Assembly: GCA_043228905.1 (NCBI GenBank) | Contig: JBHGNT010000016.1 | Coordinates: 17,298,001 to 17,362,000 of the forward strand | Direction of reading: 5' to 3' | Length of the DNA stretch: 64,000 nt | DNA from: Azolla caroliniana | Taxonomy: Eukaryota > Plantae > Polypodiophyta | Shown: piece by piece, positions 1-9,796 of the stretch | How the letters are laid out: every line of letters begins with the position of its first letter | Position numbering within the stretch: the first letter of the stretch is position 1 | The notes under the pieces: generated by a model | What the model was told of the DNA's origin: nothing | What the model saw: only the letters and a program-made list of their open reading frames with translations | Database searches by the model: none | Position numbers and translations under genes: made by a program

Positions 1-1830
1 TTCATTGATAATTAGTGTGGGGGTATGGCAAGTATATCTAAGTTTAAAGATACTGGGTGAGGTGGTTTTTTTAGTTTTTTCTTTGAAGAGGAGAGTGTGT
101 CTAAGGGAGTAAGGGTGTTTTCTAAAGTTCTTTAGAATATAATGCTTGGGATAACCTCGGGCCCTAACTCTCGTAAAGAATGTCTTTGCATATTTAAGTA
201 ACCTAGGGATGTGCTTTCTCTAACCATATATCTTTTTAATTCATTCAAAACGAAACTATTTTTAACATGGAGAGGGTGATTGGAAGAATAAGGGATGTAT
301 TGATATGTATTAAGTGTTTTTTGAAAGCAATTAAAAGTGAATCTATTATTATCTAGTTTAAAAAGGGTAGTTTCGTGTAAGAAGTATGTATGGTTAGTTT
401 GATAGAGTTTTGCGTAGTGTTACTATAGAAGTTTAGGTATTCGAACAGTTGGGGTTTAGTACCAGTCCAGATGCCAAAGGCATCATCAATATACCTAGTG
501 AAATAGAAAAGGTGGGGTGATGGATTGGAATTTTCTAGATATGAGAGGAAGAGACATACGTAAACAACGGAAAAATTACTGCCCATGGCTGTTCCTTTTA
601 CCTGTTGATAATTTGGTTGTTGAAATTTAGGAAGTGGTATTCTAAAGTGAGGGTGCTAAGGGTATAAATCAAATTACTTTTTTGGTTCGAAAAGTGGGGG
701 GAAATAAGATTTTATAGGATTGAGAGTCTTAGTTTTGGTGGGATGCTAGGGTAGAGGAGTTCAACATCAAAAGAAAAAATGAAGCTATTGGGTGGTGTTA
801 TAAGTTGTTTGAAGGTTTGGACAAGAGAATGGGAGTCCCTAAGATATTGTTTTTGACATAGAAGTATAGGGAGGAGTTGATGGTGAAGCTATTTAGACGT
901 TTGTTCAAATAATGAACCATTATATGAGCAAATTGGTCTATAGCTAACGAGGGTTTTATGTACTTTTGGTAGGAAGTACATATTAGGCACTGAGGAACCT
1001 TTAGGAGGTTTGTGTAGGATAAATTGTATTTCTACGAGAGACAAGATATTAAGGTTACGGTTGACTATGTCATGTAGTCGACTTAAAAGTTCTTCTAATG
1101 GGAGACTATTAACTTTTTCATATGTAGTGATGTCAGATAAATGTTCTAGGCCTTTATCTAGGTATGTTTTTTTATCAAGGACACAAACTCCGATGTTTTT
1201 TTCCGCTGGTAGGATGATTATTTGTTTGTTTTTTCTAAGGCTGGTTAGTGCTATTTGAAGGTGTAGTGGTATTTTGGTATTAGGTAGTATATTATTATGG
1301 AGGTTTGTGGAGAGAGAGATATTGTGTTTATGGAGTATAGACTCTAATGGTGGATACTTAGTAGGAGGGTTCCAATTCGGGTTGGGTAGTTTGAAGGGAT
1401 TAGAGGGGAGGGAGTTGAAGTCTTTAAAGAAATGTTTAAGCCTCAAGGATCTACTAAGGTTTTGGTATTCTTGAAGAATGGATTGGTTAGTTGGTGGGGG
1501 GCAGGGGGGTATAAACTTAAGTCCTAGGTTTAAAAGTTTGATTTCTAATTTACTAAGGGCATAATTTGAAAGATTATGAATTTTTCTTTTTAAGATGGGA
1601 GTCGTGTTTATGGTCGGAGTAAGTGGTTTCCAAAACTTGTATCTAAACCTTTTAGTGCGTGATTTAGTGTAAGGGGAGAAGGGGTAATGGGAGTTTTTTC
1701 TACCTAGCTACATGTACGTATCACACGTTAAAGGGGACCTATCTAGTATGTCAAAGAGACGTTTACACGGGTGTAAGGCGTGCTTAAACCGTTTACTAAT
1801 TCGTTTAGCACGCCTCGTTACACGTTTTTT
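1..1830 (-). pseudogene. PLE reverse transcriptase (frameshifts and premature stops)
   Basis: Manual translation gives, in order: basic KKRVTRRAKR; IHNLSNYALSKLEIKLLNLGLKFIP; IIILPAEKNIGVCVLDK (ADK-type motif); MYFLPKVHK..RPI; FSFDVELLYPSIP; QQVKGTAMGSNFS; RYIDD; LPFL; thumb QKTLNTYQYIPYSSNHP..ELKRY..RARGYP. These match Penelope-like RTs. No GIY-YIG domain is seen within the window. Confidence 0.9.
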
Positions 1831-2078
1831 GGTTTAGACGTATAAGTTGGAGTTTTAGTTATGGGGTGACAGGGGGGTTTATATGAGTTGTGTGAGTTTG
1901 ATTTATTATATGGGTGGGTGGCAGGGGCGGATAGGTTTAAATTAGGAAAAAGAGGAGGGGTATTAGATGTAAATAGGGAGGGGTTCTTATTCATATTATG
2001 TGAAAATAAGGGGGTGGTGGCATGTGTGGAATTATTAAGAATGGAGAGGGGGTTATGGGAGGACTATGTGAAAATATT

Positions 2079-2103
2079 GGGGGGGGGGGGGGGGGGGGGG
2101 GGG
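2079..2103 (+). repeat. Poly-G tract (~25 nt; poly-Pro in the PLE upstream frame, probable frameshift site)
   Basis: Homopolymer seen directly. Confidence 0.9.
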
Positions 2104-3120
2104 TGAGGTTGGGGCTATATTAGAGATTGGGGGAGGGGTAAGACCAGAATTATACAAATTGTTGGGGGGAAATTTAGGGTGAGGATCATTACAAAAAGGG
2201 GGCATGGGGTTAAATAGGGGAATATTGGAAAGTAACGAGGGGGTATACAAAGAATTAGTAGAAAGTGTGGGGGGAGGGTTTTGAGAGTGAATGGGGTATG
2301 GGTGTGGTGGCCATGAATAAGGAAAGGGTGTTGGGATCTTGGTGTGGAAAAGGGATGGGCTATGCTGTTGCCCCAATGTACGAGGAGGGAAAGAAAATTG
2401 AGGGGGAAAGGAGGGATGAGAGGTCTCGAGGGGCTTCGTATACAGAGGAGGGCTGAGGAGCAGAGGAGGAAGGTGAGAATGGGGGAGATGGACTTTGTTG
2501 TAATCGAATGCATGACCAGAGGCCAGAACATTGTTGTAGCCCACATGTGCGTTAATCCCATCGTACTGTTGCTGGTTGTGTTGGGCCGACGAGAATCTAG
2601 GAGGTGCGGTCGATGAGTGGAGGCTATGGATCAGAGACGGGGGTGCTCCGTGTGCGGCATGTGGCCAAGGATGCGTATAGTGGTTAATGTCTTTGTTGCC
2701 GCCAAAAAGTGATGATGGTGGTGGTTGATGGAGATCTTGGGGTGGATGATTATAGTGGTTGATGTCTTTGTTGCTGCTGAAAAGTGATGATGGTGATCGT
2801 TGATGGAGATCTTGTGGTGGATGATGCGAAGGACATGTACGAAGGGAAGCATGTGTGGTAAAGTTGGAGTTCGGGTTATGGTGAGGGTAGGCCGAGTTTG
2901 TGTTCGGGCCTACCCAAATCTCGTTGGATCTATAGAAAAGTAATTTTGGGTTTCGATGGTTGAGGTTGTGAGGATACGGGTTCATGCTAACTTCATTATT
3001 ATTTATGTTGCAGATGAATTGAGGATGGTTGCGGTGGTTGGATGATGCACGGTGAATTTGTGGTGGAGGAGGCTTCAAGTTAGGGTTTGTGTTAGTGTTA
3101 GTTTTTAGGTTGTGAATTGT

Positions 3121-3222
3121 TTTAGAGTTAGGGTTAGGATTAGGGTTACGGTTGGGGTTTGTTCTCAAGTTAGGGTTAGGGTTTGTTCTCAAGTTAGGGT
3201 TAGGGTTTGTTCTCAAGTTAGG
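3121..3222 (+). repeat. 24-bp tandem repeat x3 (GTTAGGGTTAGGGTTTGTTCTCAA) plus TTAGGG-like hexamers, encoding NPNLRTNP/NP repeats
   Basis: Seen directly in the sequence and in the 2053..3396 translation. Confidence 0.85.
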
Positions 3223-3643
3223 ATTATTGTGCTGAGATGTATACTGAAATTTGTTATATTGTACTTTCTCAAAACTATCGACAACTTTTTCAATATCATC
3301 ATCTAACTCCATATCTATGTCTATCTCTCTAATATGGTGCTTGTGTGTGTTCTGAGTGTTGTCATTTATTGATTGGGCTTTATCTTTTCTTTGCATAGCA
3401 GTAGCCCTAAAGGCTTCCCTATAAGTGAATGAGAGAGCTATAGTATTACATTCTTTTAGAATATTAATCGCTAACTCTTCTTGGAAAATTTCAAGTTATT
3501 TGCTAAATGAGTTTGGGCTTGATTCGAGTTCCTCTACTTCGTCAAAACAAACATGGGCTTTTAGGAGATTAGCAATCTTGAGTATATTAGATCGCACAGT
3601 TATAGGAAAGTTACCTACTCTTTTTGTGTAGTAATGGACAAGA

Positions 3644-6600
3644 TGTTAGAAAACAGGTCCCTCCGGATGGGAAGTGAGAAGAACAGTGCTGAAGAACAGG
3701 AAACCGGATGAGGAGTACCCGGCTACGGATGACCCGGTGAGAACCGGATGATGAGTGCCCGGCAAGCGCCGGATGATGCAGGCCCGATGAAGAGTGATCA
3801 CCGGATGAAGGGACATATTTGTAAATATGTTTCTGAGAGTCCATCGGGGCTATATTTGTAAATAGCCGAAAAGTCATATTAGTATAAATATGACTTAGGG
3901 CAAACAGAGAATACAGTGTTGTTGTCATTCTTGTTGGTGCAAGACTTGAGAGCGTGTAATAGTGTATAGAGAGAGAGAGAGCGAGGAAGAGGTCGCTGCC
4001 TCTATTGTAACCGCCGCTTGAGGCGAAGATCGTGAGCACGAGGTCGTTGCCTCCGTGAGCTCGCTATTGTACATTCTGATATAGTGATAGTTTGTAGTCT
4101 GTGGGCTGCCGTGGTTTTTCCCTAGTTTGGGTTTTCCACGCTAACATCTTGTGTACTCCTCTCTCCATTGTGTCGTGCTTTCATTTCCCGTTTTCTGTGT
4201 ATGATTCTAAGCTCGGTTGTGGCTGAGCGTTGCGCATAGGGAGCATGCAGTTCCTGTCAAAGTGGAATCAGAGCGAAACGACACAGAAAATGGACGATTC
4301 GTTGGGTGGCATGTTCAAGCTCACCGGCTCCAACTATTCGGTGTGGAAGTCGAAGATGAGGGACATGCTCGTGGTTAAAGATCTTTGGTTGCCGGTTCAG
4401 TTCGGGCACAAGAGACCGGACAAAATCGACGCCACGATATGGGAGGTGATGCACATGAAGACAACGATGTACATACGGTGCTTCATCGACATGAGCCTAT
4501 ACAACAACTTCAATGAAGAGAGCAAGGCTCATGAGCTCTGGGAGAAGATCGACATTATGTTTCAAAACAAAAATGTTGTTAATCAAGTTTCGGTATTCCG
4601 GAAGCTAGTAAGACTCCGGTACCAAGATGGCTCCAGCATGGCGGAGCACATGAATGCCTTCCAGGGGCTGATCCACCAGGAAACATCATTGGAAGTACCT
4701 CTCGCCGATAAGGTACTAGCGCTACTCCTGCTCGGTTCCCTCCCGGATAGCTGGGAGACATTGGTTGTCAGTTTGGGCAACGCCGGGCCGGAAGGGAAAC
4801 AATTATCCCTAGCAAGAGTGAAGTCGAGCTTGCTAGATGAGGAGGCACGTCGGAAAGATAAGGATATGAGCTCCGACTCCAAAGCGCTCCTTACCGAATC
4901 GGAACGCGGAAGACATAGAAACCGTAGTCCCCAGAACTGGGAAAAGTCGGGGACACGATCAAAGTCAAGGGGGAGGCCTACTTGCTTCTATTGTGGCAAG
5001 GCGGGACACTTCCAAAAGAATTGTCGGCATTTCCATAAAGACAAGGAAACCGACGGTACCAATTCGAAGTGGACACCGGACCGGAACGGTAAAGACCGGA
5101 GGGGAACGGACCGGAAGGGAACGACGGCAATCGCGGCAAGTGAAGAAGAGTTGATGCTCATCACCGAGGAAAGTGAGTTAAACCTTGCCGGCGACGAGAT
5201 GACCTGGGTGGTCGACTCCGGAGCGTCGTTCCACCTTACCCCGGACCAGAAATCCTTCTCATCCTACTCAGTCATTGATCATGGCTGTGTCCGGATGGGG
5301 AATGAACGTACATGCCGAATTGTCGGCATAGGAGACGTGTGGCTGTCAACACCAACCAAATGCAAGATGCTGGTGAAGGATGTCTGACACGTTTCGGAGG
5401 TTCGTCTGAACCTGATATCAGCCGGTCGGCTAGATGATGAAGGCTACACGGGTAGCATCCGGAACGGTGTTATGAAGTTCAGCAAAGGGAGCCTGATTGT
5501 GGCTTAGGCCCGGAAGGTAAACACACTGTACTTGATGAATGCCCGATTATGTCTGGAGGAAGTGAACGTGGCATCCGACACTCCCGGTGAGTTGTGGCAC
5601 AAAAGGTTGTGTCACATGAGCGAGAAGGGGATGAAGAGGCTTGCAAACGACAACCTCATTCCAGTGAAGAACGTGCACTTGGAGAAGTGCACTGATTGTC
5701 TGGCCGGAAAGCAAAACTAGACCTCCTTCCGATCGAGGCCACCGATGAGACGTAATGCACCACTGGAGTTGGTGCATACTGATGTGTGTCAAGTGGACAC
5801 GAAGTCACATGCAAGATCGCAGTACTTCATGACGTTCTTAGATGACCATAGACGGAAGCTGTGGGCCACACCATTGAAGACGAAGGAACAAGTGCTATCC
5901 GTCTTCAAAGAGCTCCACGCGAGAGTGGAAAGAGAAACCGGTCGGAAGCTGAAGGCGGTTCGAGCAGATAACGGAGGTGAATACCGGGGGCAGTTCGAGG
6001 AGTACTGTCGCTGGAAGGGAATCCGGCTCGAATTTACCGTGCCAAAGACGCCGGAACTAAACGGGCTGGCCGAGAGGATGAACCGGACCATAATGGAGAG
6101 GGTCCGGAGTATGCTAGTGCATGCAAAACTACCCAAGGTGTTTTGGGCTAAGGCGCTGTCCACAACGACGTATGTGATAAACAGATCACCCTCAGTACCC
6201 TTGGACGGAGACACGCCACAAAGAGTCTGGACTGGTAAGGAAGTGTCCTACCGGCATCTGAAAGTATTCGGGTGTCTTGCGTATGTGCATGTAGCTAAGG
6301 ACCGGAGAGGAAAACTAGATTCGAAGACCTAGCCATGCATATTCCTTGGTTATGGTGACGATGAGTTCGGCTACCGAGTGTGGGACCTGGTCGACAAGAA
6401 GGTATTCCGGAGTCGAGATATTATCTTCATGGAGGACAAGACACTCGCCGACTGGGAGTTGGAGAAGAAGATAATGAACTCCGAGTCGATCGGTAAGGAT
6501 CGATTCTACGATGAGCAAACCCAACCGGCAAGAGACCGGTTAGCACTCGAGGAACTAGACGGTTACGGTGAGGATACCGAACTGGTAGAAGAAGAAGTAG

Positions 6601-8732
6601 AGGAAGTTGGAACCGGAACCGGCCAAGACCCCGAATCGGATTCGGATGAATATCAAATGGAGGAGCCAGTTACTGAAGCCCAAAGACGGAGATATCCTCT
6701 CAGAGAGAGAAGGCCCCCCCGAAGATTTCCGGACTCAGAGCATGTGCTGCTGACCGATGAGGGAGAGCCAGAAAGCTTCGAAGAAGCGAAGGATGACACC
6801 CACAGCCGAAAATGGTTAAGTGCCATGCAGGATGAGATGGATTCCCTACATGAGAACCATATGTACAAATTGATGGAGTTGCCGAAAGGAAAGCGGGCAC
6901 TCCAAAACAAGTGGGTGTACAAGTTGAAACCGGGAGATGCCGACAACCCCCTGAGATACAAAGCCAGGATCATGGTGAAGGGATTCCAACAGAAGAAGGG
7001 CGTGGACTTCGACGAGATATTTGCCCCGGTAGTAAAGATGACCTCCATCCAGACGGTGTTGAGTATAGTGGCAAGCATGGACCTCGAGGTAGAGCAACTA
7101 GATGTGAAGACGGCATTTCGTCACGGTGACCTCGAAGAGGAGATCTACATGCAGCAACCAGAAGGATTCACGGAGAAAGGGAAGGAGCACCTGGTTTGCC
7201 GGTTGAAGAAGAGCCTCTACGGACTGAAGCAGGCTCCCCGACAATGGTACCGAAAGTTCGACTCCTTCATGACCGATCAAGGGTACCACAAAACGCAGGC
7301 CGATCATTGCGTGTTTGTGAAGAAGTTCGAAGGAGGCGACTTCCTGATACTCCTTCTGTACGTGGTCGACATGTTGATCGTTGGACGGGACCAAGCCAAA
7401 ATACGGATGCTGAAGAAGGCTCTCAACCGGACCTTCTCAATGAAAGTCTTGGGTCCGGCAAGACAGATGTTGGGGATGCATATTATCCGGAACCGGTCAG
7501 TGAAGCATTTGTGGCTATCACAGGAGAAGTACGTGACAAAGGTGCTTCACCGGTTCAACATGTCAGATGCGAAACCGGTCAGATCGACACTCTTGGCAAA
7601 CTGCAGATTATCCGGTAGGCAAAGCCCGAAGACGAAAATAGATAAGGCAGATATGATGAAGGTTCCATATGCCTCTCCCGTCGGGGGCTTAATGTACGCA
7701 GTGGTTTGTACCCGACCGGATATAGGATACCCAGTCGGAGTGGTGAGCCGGTTTATGAGCAATCCCGGTAGGGAGCACTGGAACGCGGTCAAATGGATAC
7801 TCCGTTACTTAAAGGGCACTTCGAACATGTGTCTCCGATTCGGCTCCGGTAAACGTCAACTTGACGGTTTTACCGACTTGGACATGTCAGCTGATGTGGA
7901 TACGAGCTGGTCTACATCTAGGTACGTAATGACATATGCAGGGGGAGATGTTTCGTGGCAGTCGAGACTGCAGAAGACGGTTGCGTTGTCAACCACGGAG
8001 GCGGAGTACATGGCGGCTGTGGAAGCCGGCAAGGAAATATTATGGATGAAGGACTTCATCGGAGAGCTCGGTATCCGGCAAGATGAATACCCGCTCTATT
8101 GCTATAGTCAAAGTGCCATCCACCTTGCTAAGAATGCGGCCTACCATTCCCGGACGAAGCATATCCAACGTAGGTATCACTGGATCCGAGAAAGAGTAGA
8201 TGACCAGGAGTTCGCACTGACGAAGATCCACACGGCCGAGAACGGGTCAGATATGCTCACCAAAGTACTGACACCTGACAAGCTGGATGCATGTCGAAAG
8301 CGGGTCGGACTAGTAAGACATCCCATGCCGGAGTGAAGGGGGAGTTTGTTAGGAAACAAGTCCCTTTGGATGCGAAGTGAGAAGAACAGTGCTGAAGAAC
8401 AGGAAACCGGATGAGGAGTACGCGGCTACGGATGACCCGGTGAGAACCGGATGATGAAGACCCGGTGAGAACCGGATGAGGAGTACCCGACTACGGATGA
8501 TCCGATGAGAACCGGATGATGAGTGCCCGGCAAGCGCCGGATGATGCAGGCCCGGTGAAGAGTGATCACCAGATGAAGGGACATATTTGTAAATATGTTT
8601 CTGAGAGTCCATCGGGGCTATATTTGTAAATAGCCGAAAAGTCATATTAGTATAAATATGACTTAGGGCAAACAGAGAATACAGTGTTGTTGTCATTCTT
8701 GTTGGTGCAAGACTTGAGAGCGTGTAATAGTG

Positions 8733-8766
<34 letters not shown>

Positions 8767-9037
8767 GAGGTCGTTGCCTCTATTGTAACCGCCGCTTGAG
8801 GCGAAGATTGTGAGCACGAGGTCGTTGCCTCCGTGAGCTCACTATTGTACATTCTGATATAGTGATAGTTTGCAGTCTGTGGGCTGCCGTGGTTTTTCCC
8901 TAGTTTGGGTTTTCCACGCTAACATCCTGTGTACTCCTCTCTGCATTGTGTCGTGCTTTCATTTCCCGTTTTCTGTGTATGATTCTAAGTTCGGTTGTGG
9001 CTGAGCGTTGCGCATAGGGAGCGTGCAGTTCCTGTCA
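3644..9037 (+). mobile_element. Full-length Ty1/copia LTR retrotransposon (Tnt1/Tork-like), degenerate; family A copy 1
   Basis: LTRs at 3644-4259 and 8347-9037 (TG..CA); TSD CAAGA at 3639-3643 and 9038-9042; PBS TGGAATCAGAGC (tRNA-iMet type, one mismatch) at 4263; PPT GAAGGGGGAG before 8347; gag-CCHC-PR-IN-RT-RH order. Confidence 0.97.
4289..8336 (+). pseudogene. Copia gag-pol polyprotein with in-frame stops (~5385, 5505, 5718, 6330)
   Basis: Motifs CFYCGKAGHFQKNC, WVVDSGAS, LWHKRLCH, VHTDVC..ADNGGEY..NGLAERMNRT, YVVD (YVDD variant) and TEAEY..SDMLTK. Confidence 0.95.
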
Positions 9038-9678
9038 CAAGACTATCTAAATGCTTAACATATGTGCTAGTGAGGTCTTTACTATATTGTGTTGTGATGG
9101 AAGTAAACCCTAGTTGTAGGCTTTTATTAATATCTTCCTACTCAATAATTAGTCTAGAGGGGTAGATTCTCAAGCTATGAGGGGCTATATTTTGAGAATT
9201 TAGGTTTGACATACGAGTGTATGTCTATTTAGCTTTTTCTGCTTTTCGATAGAGGTTTTTAAACTCTTCGATTATCCTACACTTATAATCTTCAAAGTGT
9301 TGGGAAATTAGCGGTGATTCATTGGAGATTACTTGGGTACTAGTAGTTTTTGGAGGGGTTGGAGTAGTTGAAACTATTATAGCTTGTGGTCTTTTAGTTG
9401 GATGTTTGTTGGCGCTTCTAGGTTTCATAGGAGTGGGTGTGGTGGAATTAGCCGCTGCAAAAGTCATCATCTGTTGTGGAGGGAACTCAGCATTGAATGG
9501 TGATTCGATGTGAGTCGAAGTATCACTATTATGGGTTCCAAACTCCGATGATAAGCCCTCCATAGAAAATACGATCTAGCCTTTTTTGTTATTAACCGGT
9601 CGGTTGTAGCAAGGAGTGCGGGCGACTTTGTGATATGGTAGATAATGTCATAGGAAAAGAAGATATTCTGAGCATAGA

Positions 9679-9681
<3 letters not shown>

Positions 9682-9717
<36 letters not shown>
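9682..9717 (+). repeat. (GA)n microsatellite, i.e. (CT)n in the PLE leader between ribozyme and ATG
   Basis: Seen directly. Confidence 0.9.
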
Positions 9718-9720
<3 letters not shown>

Positions 9721-9741
9721 TTTGATTAAAATTAAAGGAAA

Positions 9742-9796
9742 GACCTTATGTAGCAAACTAGTTTCGCTCGCTTAGAGCTCATCAGTGCAAAAGGTC
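9742..9796 (-). ncRNA. Minimal type I hammerhead ribozyme
   Basis: Minus-strand RNA reads GACCUU-UU-GCA-CUGAUGA-GCUC-UAAGC-GAGC-GAAA-C-UA-G-U-U|UGC-UACAU-AAGGUC. It has an intact catalytic core, a 4-bp stem II, a stem I of 3+6 bp with an internal loop, and a palindromic stem III region AAACUAGUUU. Confidence 0.9.

Larger units (their letters stand above)
2053..9563 (-). pseudogene. Long upstream reading frame of the PLE (segments 9043-9563 and 2053-3643): helical N-terminal part followed by an N/P/H/S-rich low-complexity region
   Basis: ORFs 9225..9563 and 2053..3396 are in one frame when the copia and one TSD copy are excised (...KHLDSLV|HYYTKRV...). The frame is broken only by three TAG/TAA stops compatible with CAG/CAA C>T decay. 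Confidence 0.7.

Noticed and set aside
3611-4039. ORFs within LTRs (also 8349..8852, 29061..29438, 50591..51142, 55407..55916)
   Set aside because: They overlap LTR repeats and microsatellites and cross element boundaries; there is no evidence of coding function.
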